A stretch of 64,000 bases of DNA, from the NCBI GenBank assembly GCA_964531095.1, contig CAZHED010000001.1, positions 321,996 to 385,995 on the forward strand, given 5' to 3'. The notes beneath the pieces were generated by a model. That model searched no databases and was not told the DNA's origin. It saw only the letters and a list, made by a program, of their open reading frames with translations. Position numbers and translations under genes: made by a program. Shown piece after piece: positions 37,948 to 46,861 of the stretch (the stretch's first letter is position 1; the number at the start of each line of letters is the position of its first letter). The DNA comes from an uncultured Polyangiaceae bacterium (GTDB lineage Bacteria; Myxococcota_A; Polyangia; Polyangiales; Polyangiaceae).

Positions 37948-38865
37948 CTAGCCCATCCCGAAGCGCGCCCGATTCGCTCGCACGAACTCGATGTACGCCT
38001 CGGGCTCTTGCTGCGGAGCGATCTCTCCGGCCTCGACCGCCTGCTCGAGCGCACGCTTCACTTCGCCGACCAGGCGCGACGGGGGCACGCCGAACGCCCG
38101 CATGATCTCGTCGCCGATGCCGCTCGGGAGGGGCGCGACACGAGCGTCCTCCGCCGCGAGCTGGCCGATGCGCTGCTGCAGCTCTTCGATTTGCTGAAGG
38201 CCGCGGCGCTTCTTCTCCGGGCGCTTGGTCGTGATGTCTGCGCGCGCGAGGCACAAGAGATCCTCGAGATGCTCGCCGAGCTCCCGCGCGAAGCGGCGCA
38301 CCGCGCTGTCGGTCCAATCGGGCGAGTACTGGTTGGCACGCAGGTGATGCAAAATGAGAAAGCGCACCGTCTGCTTTAGCGAGGGCTCGTGCGCGAACAT
38401 GCCGAGGCGCCGGTCGAGCTTGTCGAACATGCGCGTGCCGACCTCGGCGTGTCCGAGGAAGTGCACTTTGCCGTCGGGGGTGATCGAGCGCGTTTTGATC
38501 TTGCCGATATCGTGGAACAGAGCGGCCCAGCGGACTTCGAGCCGTGGCACCGACTGGCGTACAACTTGTTTGGTGTGCTTCCAAACGTCCTTGTGGCGCC
38601 ATTCCCCGTCGCCGAAGCCGACCATCGCGTGCACCTCCGGGAAGAGCGCGGCGAGCGCCCCCGCGTCGAGGAGCTCGTCGAGCCCGCGCTCCGGGTCTTC
38701 GCTCATGACCACTCGATCGAGTCGAGCGCGCACTTGCTTGGCGTCGAGCCGTACCGCTGCGTGGAAATCGTTCACGGACACAGGAACGCTGTCGTGGGAG
38801 AGCGAGCTGCCCTCCGCGGCCCGCGCGGCCGCTTCGAGCGCGTCGAATACGCGGTCGACGTTCAC
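37948..38865 (-). CDS. HD-domain protein related to the body/tail of CCA-adding enzyme / poly(A) polymerase, lacking the nucleotidyltransferase head
   Basis: WRHKDVWKHTKQVV and ALFHDIGK (HD motif) are present. I chose the GTG at 38865. The extra 82 codons of ORF 37948..39111 lie in low-GC spacer and do not look like protein. Confidence 0.7.
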   Translation of the reverse strand: MNVDRVFDALEAAARAAEGSSLSHDSVPVSVNDFHAAVRLDAKQVRARLDRVVMSEDPERGLDELLDAGALAALFPEVHAMVGFGDGEWRHKDVWKHTKQVVRQSVPRLEVRWAALFHDIGKIKTRSITPDGKVHFLGHAEVGTRMFDKLDRRLGMFAHEPSLKQTVRFLILHHLRANQYSPDWTDSAVRRFARELGEHLEDLLCLARADITTKRPEKKRRGLQQIEELQQRIGQLAAEDARVAPLPSGIGDEIMRAFGVPPSRLVGEVKRALEQAVEAGEIAPQQEPEAYIEFVRANRARFGMG

Positions 38866-39091
38866 GGGTTGAACGGCTGCCGGCGTGTTCTCCAGCGATT
38901 TCGGCGGTTCCGGGATTCGCACGCGAGCGCTCTTAGCATGGCGCGGCCCTTGCCAAACGATCTCGAATGACTGAAATGGCGGCAGCCGGCCATATTCCCT
39001 GCAGGTGAAGTATTCTGAGCCGCGCCGTCGACCCCCGGGAACTGCTGGTTGCCGGGTGAGCGCATCTCGACCCCCCCACGACTGAGGCTCC

Positions 39092-41281
39092 ATGTCGCCG
39101 TCTCTTCCCATCGGACGATCGCTACGCCGCTACGCGCCGTTTCTGGCCCTCACCTGTGCGGTCGCGCTGGCGGCAAGCTGTGCAAAGAAGCTCGCCCCGA
39201 GCTCGGATTTCGCCGAAGACGCGGGCAGCGGCGAGGGGCCTGGGGGCTTCGACGCGCCCGCCCCCGTCGGGACCTCCACGCCCATGGGGGTCGATGGCTC
39301 GGGCAACGCCCCCGTCATCGTCCTCCGGCCTGACGCCAGCAGCGACAAGTGCACCGCCGACCGTCCGTGCATGGATTTCCCCGCGGCCCCCGAGTTCGCC
39401 GGCGCCGCGCCGATGAGCGCGCCGACGATGTTCGGCGCCCCAGGAACGGGGGCGACGACCGGCGGCCCGTGTCTCGCGGAGCCAGCCGATGGCGCGCTCT
39501 ACCCGAAGAACTGGCTGCGTCCGCGCGTCTTGTGGATTCCAGCGTCGCCCACGCAGACCTTGTTCGAAGTGCGCGTGCACGCCGACGGCGAAGCGAATGA
39601 CTACGTCGTCTACACCGACAAGAACTACTGGACGATGCCCGCCGCCACCTGGAAGGCGATCGCGTACACCGGTGGGTCGCCGTCCGTCGACGGGGACCTG
39701 ATCGGGAGAACGCTCACCGTGACCGTGCGCGGAATGAGCGGCGCAGGCGGAATGCCGTCCGTGAGCAACACCGCCACCTTCACGATCGCACCCGCGATTG
39801 CCGACGGCGCGCTCGTCTACTGGTCGACCACGTCGTTCGCGGTCACCTCGAACAACACCACGCTGACCGGGTTCCACGTGGGCGACGAGGGGACGACGGC
39901 CGCGTTGACGGCCAGCCAAGTGCAGCAGCCCGTGCGGGCGCAGTCGGTCGACGGCGGAAACCTCAACCCCGCTTCCTATAACGGCGTCTTCTGCATCGGG
40001 TGTCATACGGCCACCCCAGACGGGCAGTACGTGTCCTTCACCTCGCAATGGCCGTGGGCCACCGCGCTCGCGTCCATCGCGACGGGGCCCGGTGCGGCGG
40101 CGGTGGGGTCCGCGCCGCCGTGGCTCACGCCGAGCGCGGCCTCCAACCTGAGCCCCAACATCAACGGATACTATGCGCCCCCCAACGTGAACCAAGTGAT
40201 GATGGGCATCCAGACCTTCTCGCCTGCGCACTACACGACGGGGGACAGAAAGCTGGTCGCGGCGCTCGGTGCGGCCTGGAACCAGACGGAGATGCAGATC
40301 ATGGCGGCCTCGCCCGGTGCAGCCACCGGAGTCGTCTCGCAGCTCGTGTGGTTCGACCTGGAATTCGCCGGAACGCTTCCCGCGGGCACGGCCTACAACC
40401 CTTGGTCGTCCGGCATGCTTACTTCTCCTCTGCCGCTGGCGGTTCCGTGCACCGGGGCGGGGTGTGCCACTTCTGCCATGCCCGGCGGCGGCTGGGGCAT
40501 CATCGCTCGCACCGGGGACAACGCCAGTGCGGGGGGGCCCAATTGGAGCCACAACGTCGACGGGATGACCGATGCCATCGCGTACGGGTCGACGAACCTG
40601 GGCACCAAAGACGGCCGCATGGATTGCGAGCTGAGCGGGCCGACGTGCAAGTCGGACGTTTTCGTCGTGCCCTACAACAACGGAGCAGGCGGTACGTCGA
40701 AGCCGTTGCCGGGCGCCGCCAAGCCCGACCAAAACGAGTACTACCCGGCCTGGTCGCCCGACGACAAGTTGATCGCGTTCAACCGGGTTCCGGCGGCGAC
40801 GAGCATGTACAACGAGCCCAAAGCCGATATTTACGTCGTTGCGTACAACGGCGGGATGGGCGGCACGGAGCAAGCCCTCGTGTCGAACGATCCCGTCGCC
40901 TGCACGGGCGAGATGTCCCATGCCGTCCAGAACACGTGGCCGAAATGGGCGCCGAATCCTCTGAGCTCCAGCGCCGATGGTGGCGTCGGAGCGCCCACGC
41001 CGCAGGTGATTGACGGTAAGACGTATTATTGGATTACGTTCTCGTCGACTCGAAGCCCCACCTCCCCACGCGACACGGGCAACGGCAACCGGCGCAAGCA
41101 GCAGCTCTACGTCGCCGGCATCGTGGTCGACAACATGACCCAGGCGATCACCACGTTTGCGCCGATCTATCTGTGGAATCAGGATTCCACGGTGAACAAC
41201 CTGATACCCGCGTGGGGCGAATTCTCGATCCCTCCGGGGACGACACCGCCTCCGCCGCCGGATGGCGGGATCGCAAAGTAG
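39092..41281 (+). CDS. secreted lipoprotein with TolB/PD40-like repeat and a CxxCH motif
   Basis: The lipobox is LAASCA. The PD40-like segment is EYYPAWSPDDKLIAFNRV. A single FCIGCHTATPDG (CxxCH) is present. The protein is 729 aa. Confidence 0.65.
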   Translation: MSPSLPIGRSLRRYAPFLALTCAVALAASCAKKLAPSSDFAEDAGSGEGPGGFDAPAPVGTSTPMGVDGSGNAPVIVLRPDASSDKCTADRPCMDFPAAPEFAGAAPMSAPTMFGAPGTGATTGGPCLAEPADGALYPKNWLRPRVLWIPASPTQTLFEVRVHADGEANDYVVYTDKNYWTMPAATWKAIAYTGGSPSVDGDLIGRTLTVTVRGMSGAGGMPSVSNTATFTIAPAIADGALVYWSTTSFAVTSNNTTLTGFHVGDEGTTAALTASQVQQPVRAQSVDGGNLNPASYNGVFCIGCHTATPDGQYVSFTSQWPWATALASIATGPGAAAVGSAPPWLTPSAASNLSPNINGYYAPPNVNQVMMGIQTFSPAHYTTGDRKLVAALGAAWNQTEMQIMAASPGAATGVVSQLVWFDLEFAGTLPAGTAYNPWSSGMLTSPLPLAVPCTGAGCATSAMPGGGWGIIARTGDNASAGGPNWSHNVDGMTDAIAYGSTNLGTKDGRMDCELSGPTCKSDVFVVPYNNGAGGTSKPLPGAAKPDQNEYYPAWSPDDKLIAFNRVPAATSMYNEPKADIYVVAYNGGMGGTEQALVSNDPVACTGEMSHAVQNTWPKWAPNPLSSSADGGVGAPTPQVIDGKTYYWITFSSTRSPTSPRDTGNGNRRKQQLYVAGIVVDNMTQAITTFAPIYLWNQDSTVNNLIPAWGEFSIPPGTTPPPPPDGGIAK

Positions 41282-41285
41282 GCGG

Positions 41286-41308
41286 CAGCCTGCCTGCTTA
41301 GCAGGCTG
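41286..41308 (+). terminator. hairpin 5 nt after the stop of 39092..41281
   Basis: CAGCCTGC-ctgctta-GCAGGCTG (8-bp stem) followed by TTGCAAAAAGC. The T tract is weak. Confidence 0.35.
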
Positions 41309-41329
41309 TTGCAAAAAGCAAGAAGAGCG

Positions 41330-41382
41330 AGAAAACCGTCAGAGCGCCAGGATCGCCAAGAGAGAATGACTGACGGTTTTCT
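41330..41382 (-). terminator. 13-bp inverted repeat; on the minus strand followed by a T-rich tail
   Basis: AGAAAACCGTCAG (41330-41342) pairs with CTGACGGTTTTCT (41370-41382). Read on the minus strand, the 3' arm runs into TTTTCTCGCTCTTCTTGCTTTTTGC, downstream of the gene ending at 41442. The 27-nt loop is long for a classical terminator. Confidence 0.4.
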
Positions 41383-41441
41383 GACTCTCGCATGGCGCCC
41401 CTGGCTTCCTGGCGGTTCATCTCTCGTTTTTCAACGGCCTG

Positions 41442-42515
41442 CTACGGCATAAACGCGATATCGTCCACTTGGAGATCGAGATCGGCCGTGGTCGGTCCGT
41501 AGATCCCCGCTCCGTCCGGTCCCGCGTCCACCTGAGCGTACGTGAGGTTCATGGCGAACGTCAGGCCGTTGATGTTCGCACCGGTCGGCGTGTAGGCCGT
41601 GCCTCCCGCATTTCCGCTGAACATGGCCCAGGGAAGCTGGACGTTGGTCCAGACCATGCTGATCGGGATGTTGATCGCCGAGGGCGAGCAGCACGCGCCT
41701 GCCGTGAGCGGCGTTGAACAGAGCGGTTGACTCGTCATGCCTGGGCAGGTCCCCGGCGGTTGCGAGCTGATGGGAGTCGTATCGAGCGTGCTCAGCGTCA
41801 GCGATATGGTGTTCGAGGGCGTTTGGCCGCGCACCCAAAAGGAAAGGCCCTTGTAGGCGGACGCATTCGCGCAGCTCATCCAGAACCCGAGCCCGGCGCC
41901 GTACATGCTCTCTTGCGACACACGAAGCTCGAGTGCCCAATCCTGACCGCCGTCGATCAATCCGCCGCTCTGTCCCGCAACCGCGTTCAGCATGGTATTC
42001 CCGTTCGGTAGCCCGCCGGGCGCGCCGCCCGAATACGAGTACGGGCCGATGTAACCGGCGAGCGGCCAAGTGCCGAACGAGCCGTTGAAGCTGCCCCCGT
42101 CCGCCGTGGGGTTGTAGCCCTCGAAATTGATGAGCGACGTGCCCGTCACCGGGACGCACCCTCCCGCTGCCGCGTCCGAGCCGCCCGACGAGCTGCTGCT
42201 CGCGCCGCCCGACGAGCTCCCACTCCCCGACGGGCCACCACTGCCCGACGATCCACCGCTACTCCCAGTGGTCCCGGACGAATTCCCCCCGCCTCCGGAC
42301 GATCCGCCGCCACTCGACGAGCTCCCGGTGCCCGATGAACCGTGCCCCGACGAGCTGCCAGCCCCCGACGAGCTGCTGCCGCCCGAGGAGCCCGCCGACG
42401 GTCCCCCGCTGGAGTTGGTGCACGCCCCGGCAGCGCCGAGCGCCGCTCCGACGCAGCCAACGAGGGAGAGGGTCGCGAGGTTCGAGCCTCTCTTCGATCT
42501 ACCTAAGAATGCCAT
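41442..42515 (-). CDS. secreted lipoprotein with Ser/Gly linker and carbohydrate-binding-module-like domain
   Basis: The signal is LSLVGCVGAALGAAGAC, followed by an S/G linker of about 85 aa. The beta-sandwich-like domain ends LDLQVDDIAFMP, which is CBM-like. No catalytic motif was seen. Confidence 0.6.
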   Translation of the reverse strand: MAFLGRSKRGSNLATLSLVGCVGAALGAAGACTNSSGGPSAGSSGGSSSSGAGSSSGHGSSGTGSSSSGGGSSGGGGNSSGTTGSSGGSSGSGGPSGSGSSSGGASSSSSGGSDAAAGGCVPVTGTSLINFEGYNPTADGGSFNGSFGTWPLAGYIGPYSYSGGAPGGLPNGNTMLNAVAGQSGGLIDGGQDWALELRVSQESMYGAGLGFWMSCANASAYKGLSFWVRGQTPSNTISLTLSTLDTTPISSQPPGTCPGMTSQPLCSTPLTAGACCSPSAINIPISMVWTNVQLPWAMFSGNAGGTAYTPTGANINGLTFAMNLTYAQVDAGPDGAGIYGPTTADLDLQVDDIAFMP

Positions 42516-42558
42516 ATGCGTGGACTCCCGTCTGGTCAGTGTCTTCGTGTCCCCCGGC

Positions 42559-44277
42559 CTATTGAACGCGGCAGTAGAACCCGTTCGTCGTCAGGCTGCC
42601 GGTGCCCGTGAACACCTCGGTGCCCGTTTGAACGCCGGACAGATACCGGGTGTTCGGGATCCAGCCCCGAGACACGAGGTCCTTGTAGAACTCCATCAAG
42701 TTCATGACAGCCGTCGTGGCGTTGCTCGTTCGGACGTACGACGAAACGGGCCAGCCGGCCGCCTGCCCCTGGTGAAGGTCCCACGTCGCGCCGGCTAGAC
42801 TGATCCCCGACGCGACCGTCGAACCGATCGGTCCCGCTCCGCCTGCATAGTAGAGCCAGATCATGACTTCTTCGGACGGCGTGTCGGCGTACCCCGGATT
42901 GGCGATTGTGTGCAGCCACGTGTCGTACGAAATGTCGAGCGTGCCGTTCTGCGTGACCGTGAAGTCCCACCCGCAATTGACCGCTTTGTTGGCCGAAATC
43001 TGCACCGGCAAACCGGTGTTGGTCACTTTCCATCCCCACTGCCAACCAAAGATGAGGCTCGCGTAGGTCTTCACCTGGCCGGTGCCGGGGGTCCAGTTCC
43101 AGCTCGTTCCCCAGCCGACGAGGTCGCCGGTTTGGCACGTGCCCCAGACGCATTGTTGGCCAGTGGTCCCGCTGTTGCCCACGCCCCACTGGTTGTTGTT
43201 CACCCAGTATTCGCCAATCGTCGCCGACGCGTATGCGGTGCAGCTATAGCCGACCATGGCTGCGCTCCCGCAGTTGACGCTGCTCGGATTGATGCAGCCG
43301 CCGCCCAGACACTGCGTCCCGGCCGTCGTGCACGAGGTACCGCACGTGCCACAGTTCTTCGGGTCGGTGTTCGGGTCGACGCACGTGCCGCCGCAAACCG
43401 TTTGGCCCGTGGGGCACGCGCACTTCCCAGCGGCGCACGAAGCGCCGGCGGCGCAGGCCGTGCAGGTGCCGCAGTGCGACGTGCTCGTCATGACGTCCAC
43501 GCACTGACCGTTCGCCCCGCACGCGCCTTGTCCGGGCGGACACACGCAGGCCCCCATCCAACACGACTGGCCGGTCGGGCACGCGTGGCCGCAGCTACCG
43601 CAGTTCGACGAGCTGCCTGACGTGTCGACGCACGAACCGGCGCACGCCGTCAGCTGCCCAGCGCACCCCGACGCGCACTTGCTCTGCGAGCACACCATGG
43701 CGGACGCACACGCGCTTCCACACGCCCCGCAGTTCTTCGCGTCCGACGTCGTGTCCACGCAGGCGCCCGAACAGGTGGCTTGGCCCGTGCGACAACCGCA
43801 CGTACCGTTCTGGCATACCTGGCTCGACGGACAGGCCGTTCCACAGCTCCCACAGTTGGCCGCGCTGCTGCTGAGGTCGACGCACGTTCCGGCGCAGAGC
43901 TTCGTGCCCCCCGCGCATCCAGCGTCCGCCCCTGGAGGCGCCGCATCGGGAACAGCGGTCGTGCTGTCGGGCGAGACGCCGGCCTCCCGCACGGAAGGCG
44001 CATTCTCCATCGTTGCGTCCGAGCCCGACGCCCCCGCCGGCCCTGCGCCCGAAGACCCTCCTCCACCAGGCCCAGCCCCTGACGAACCTGCCTCGTCCGT
44101 GACCGCGCCGCCGCTCGAGCCCCCGCCGTTGCCCTGCCCGTTCGACCCGGCGGGCGAGCAGCCGAAGAACAGAACCCAGATGATGGCCACCGCAACGAAT
44201 GCCGTTCCGCATCGTGCCGCGCGACGAGCCGCGGTCAGGCGTTCCAAAGCGCAGCGGTCGTCAGCGAGTCGGGCCAT
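42559..44277 (-). CDS. GH12 endo-beta-1,4-glucanase with N-terminal Cys-rich (Stig1-like) repeats
   Basis: GH12 motifs are in the C-terminal 240 aa: YWVNNNQWG, EEVMIWLY and GVQTGTEVFTGTG. The N-terminal part has about 6 repeats of C.G.CVD....NCG.CG..C..G..C..G.C. Confidence 0.8.
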   Translation of the reverse strand: MARLADDRCALERLTAARRAARCGTAFVAVAIIWVLFFGCSPAGSNGQGNGGGSSGGAVTDEAGSSGAGPGGGGSSGAGPAGASGSDATMENAPSVREAGVSPDSTTAVPDAAPPGADAGCAGGTKLCAGTCVDLSSSAANCGSCGTACPSSQVCQNGTCGCRTGQATCSGACVDTTSDAKNCGACGSACASAMVCSQSKCASGCAGQLTACAGSCVDTSGSSSNCGSCGHACPTGQSCWMGACVCPPGQGACGANGQCVDVMTSTSHCGTCTACAAGASCAAGKCACPTGQTVCGGTCVDPNTDPKNCGTCGTSCTTAGTQCLGGGCINPSSVNCGSAAMVGYSCTAYASATIGEYWVNNNQWGVGNSGTTGQQCVWGTCQTGDLVGWGTSWNWTPGTGQVKTYASLIFGWQWGWKVTNTGLPVQISANKAVNCGWDFTVTQNGTLDISYDTWLHTIANPGYADTPSEEVMIWLYYAGGAGPIGSTVASGISLAGATWDLHQGQAAGWPVSSYVRTSNATTAVMNLMEFYKDLVSRGWIPNTRYLSGVQTGTEVFTGTGSLTTNGFYCRVQ

Positions 44278-44509
44278 CCGTACACGTCAGGAACGTAACT
44301 AAGGCCCAATGGCGATCGTCGTGCAAGACAAAACGAGTCGGGCGCGGAAGTCACGACGCGTGGCGGCAAAGGACGCTGACCCGCCTCGGCCGTCGCTCGG
44401 ACTACGCCGATCACAAGCGTCGCTTCGGACCTCCAAGCCGCTCGAAGAACACCCAGGGGTGGCCGCCGACGTCGTGCGGCCCGTGGCTCGGTACAGTACG
44501 CTCCTTTTC

Positions 44510-44872
44510 ATGGCCGCAAGCGCCGACGATTTAGCCCTCTTATTGCTTGAGCGCGCGCGCGCTCGGCGGGGTCGAGAGCGCGAGCGCGGACTGCTCATCG
44601 CCGCTCGCCTGCGCTCTGTCGTCGCCGCGCTGCGCGCCGACGGTGCGTTTGAAGCCGCTTGGCTCATCGGGTCGCTAGCCTGGGGCGGATTCGGTTGCCG
44701 TTCCGACGTGGACGTGGTGGTGCGGGGCGCCGATCCGTCTCGTATCGGCGCGCTCGCGGGGCGGCTATCCAACGACGTCGAGGCGTGTGTCGACTTGCTT
44801 CGCATCGAAGATCTGCCCGATGGGTTCCGCCTCCGCGTTCTCGACCAGGGAGCCCGGCTCGATGAGTCCTGA
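44510..44872 (+). CDS. MNT-type nucleotidyltransferase (type VII antitoxin MntA-like)
   Basis: ATG at 44510. GSLAWGGFGCRSDVDVVV is the Pol-beta-superfamily GS...D.D motif. The protein is 120 aa and overlaps the next gene by 11 nt. Confidence 0.75.
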   Translation: MAASADDLALLLLERARARRGRERERGLLIAARLRSVVAALRADGAFEAAWLIGSLAWGGFGCRSDVDVVVRGADPSRIGALAGRLSNDVEACVDLLRIEDLPDGFRLRVLDQGARLDES

Positions 44873-45383
44873 GCAGGCCGGGGTTGCGGCCGCCATTGCG
44901 CGTCTACGAGGCGAGATGGCCGACGACCGCGCCGCGATGGCGCGACGTAGGGCGGACCTTGACGAGGCGCTGCGACGGCTTCGGCTCGAGCCGGCGGATG
45001 CGGCCGCCCTCGCGCTCGAAGCCTGGGCGCTTCATGGTTGGTATACGGCCCTCGAGTCTCTGCTCGAGCGCGTGGCACGTCAGCTCGACGCAGAAGTCCC
45101 CGCTGGCGAGCGCTGGCATCGCGAGCTTCTTGCGCAGGCAACGGTAGAAGTCCCGGGGGTGCGTCCGGCGGTCCTTCCTCGGACGACACGACACGCTCTC
45201 GAGGAGCTCCTCGCGATGCGCCACTTCCTTCGCCACGCCTACGGTACCGACCTGGACGGCCGCCGGCTTGCGGCCCAAGCCGAGCGCTTGCGCGACGCAT
45301 CGCCGGCCGTGGAGGAGGCACTCGACTCGTTCGACCAGTTCCTGGTCGGAGCGCTCGACGCCGCGCAAAAGGGCAGCCGGTGA
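44862..45383 (+). CDS. HEPN-domain protein (HepT-like toxin)
   Basis: ATG at 44862. MRHFLRHAY contains the RX4HXY HEPN RNase motif (R120, H125, Y127). It sits immediately downstream of the MNT gene. Confidence 0.7.
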   Translation: MSPEQAGVAAAIARLRGEMADDRAAMARRRADLDEALRRLRLEPADAAALALEAWALHGWYTALESLLERVARQLDAEVPAGERWHRELLAQATVEVPGVRPAVLPRTTRHALEELLAMRHFLRHAYGTDLDGRRLAAQAERLRDASPAVEEALDSFDQFLVGALDAAQKGSR

Positions 45384-45478
45384 CCGGGGCAAAGATCGGC
45401 GTAGACCCGTGCGTGCGCGTCGAGAATTGGTCGCGGACCAGACGTGACCGACACCGGCTGGGAGTCGGGGGGAGGGTC

Positions 45479-45502
45479 GGGGGGAGCGGCCGCGCTCCCC
45501 CC
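45479..45502 (+). terminator. strong GC hairpin downstream of the MNT/HepT pair
   Basis: GGGGGGAGCG-gccg-CGCTCCCCCC (10-bp perfect stem), followed 9 nt later by GTTTG. There is no clear U tract. Confidence 0.35.
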
Positions 45503-45588
45503 GTGTGCAAGTCGTTTGATCGCGTCAGGTCCAATCGCGTCAGCCGGAGCGGAGTCCCGAAATGCGTTCAGCCCGGTCCAAGCAGGAG

Positions 45589-45636
45589 GGGCGGAGCGGA
45601 GGCTGCACACTAAGCGGAGCGCAGGCTGCACACTAA
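45589..45636 (-). repeat. tandem copies of the dispersed motif (23-bp unit x2, 1 mismatch)
   Basis: 45591-45613 is GCGGAGCGGAGGCTGCACACTAA and 45614-45636 is GCGGAGCGCAGGCTGCACACTAA. 45589-45608 is the exact reverse complement of the 37896-37915 motif. The second unit contains the add stop codon. Confidence 0.85.
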
Positions 45637-46757
45637 GAAGACAACTGCACCGACGGCGACGTCGCCTGATGCACGCCCACGGGCTCGTCGTCCGGGAACG
45701 CCGCCAGCTCTTCACTCACTTTGCGCAGCGTCTGCTGTTTGACGTGAAACGGCAGAAACGCGCTCTTGTAGCCGCTCAGAATGATCTGCTTGATGTCTCT
45801 CAGCCCGAGCCCCATCTCCGTGTGGCAAAGCCAGAGCTCTTTGCTCACCGTGGTGTCCGTGATCAAGCGGTTGTCCGTGTTGACGGTCACGCGGAGCCCC
45901 AGGTTCTTGTAGAGCTTCAGCGGGTGGCTCGCGAGATCGCGGATGGCTCCCGTCTGCACGTTGGACGACGGGCAGCACTCGAGCGGGATACGGTGGTCGT
46001 TCACGTAGTGCAGCAAATCGCCGTTCTCGCGCAGCCGGCAGCCGTGGCCGATGCGGTGCGCGCCGCACACGTGGATCGCCTGGGCGATCGACTCGGGGCC
46101 GTACGCCTCGCCGGCGTGGATCGTGACGTTGATGTTGTTGTCGCGAACGAGCTGGAAGGCGGCCTTGTGATGCTTGGCGGGGTGGTCGTATTCGGCGCCA
46201 GCCAGGTCGAAGCCGACCACGCCCCGACCCTTGTACGCGACCGCGAGCTCCGCCATCTCGAGGGAGTGTTCCGGGGAGACGTTGCGGATGCCGCAGATGA
46301 TGACGTTCGACTCGATGCCGTGTTTCTCTTGCGCCTCGCGCAGTCCCTCGAGCACCGACTCCACGACCGTCGTCAGCTTTAGCCCGCGGCGTGTGTGCAG
46401 CATCGGCGCGTAGCGCACCTCCATGTAGCGGACGTTCTCGCGCGACGCGTCTTCGCCCAGCTCGTACGCGATTCGCCGCAGCGACTCCTCGGTCTGCATC
46501 ACACGCAACGTGACGTCGAACGCCTTGAGGTATTCGACGAGCGATCCGCAGCCATGCCCCAGATGCATCGCCGCGCGGAGCCCCTCGGCGTCGTCGGCCG
46601 GTAGCTCGATCTTGTGCTTCTCGGCCAGATCGAGAATCGTCGACAGGCGGAGTGACCCGTCGAGGTGCACGTGCAGGTCGGTCTTCGGCAGCTTCTCGAT
46701 GAGCTCGAGCGGGATGGCTCTCGCGGGCTTTGGCTGGGGCATTCTGAAAGATAGCAT
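45633..46757 (-). CDS. add: adenosine deaminase
   Basis: This is the 3' part of ORF 45633..47564, with ATG at 46757 (alternative 46742). Motifs DLHVHLDGS, TIHAGEAYG and TVNTDN are present. Confidence 0.9.
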   Translation of the reverse strand: MLSFRMPQPKPARAIPLELIEKLPKTDLHVHLDGSLRLSTILDLAEKHKIELPADDAEGLRAAMHLGHGCGSLVEYLKAFDVTLRVMQTEESLRRIAYELGEDASRENVRYMEVRYAPMLHTRRGLKLTTVVESVLEGLREAQEKHGIESNVIICGIRNVSPEHSLEMAELAVAYKGRGVVGFDLAGAEYDHPAKHHKAAFQLVRDNNINVTIHAGEAYGPESIAQAIHVCGAHRIGHGCRLRENGDLLHYVNDHRIPLECCPSSNVQTGAIRDLASHPLKLYKNLGLRVTVNTDNRLITDTTVSKELWLCHTEMGLGLRDIKQIILSGYKSAFLPFHVKQQTLRKVSEELAAFPDDEPVGVHQATSPSVQLSS

Positions 46758-46861
46758 GGGCGGGGGCTCGGGGCGGCAGGCCGCGCCATCGCCGCCGGGG
46801 TGCGAACGCCCGCGCAGAGACGTGTCGCCATCGCATCGGCCCCGTGCGATACGGGTGGCCC

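Noticed and set aside
38866-39111. 82-codon N-terminal extension of the HD protein
   Set aside because: It falls in the low-GC divergent promoter spacer, its composition is not protein-like, and it has no nucleotidyltransferase head motifs.
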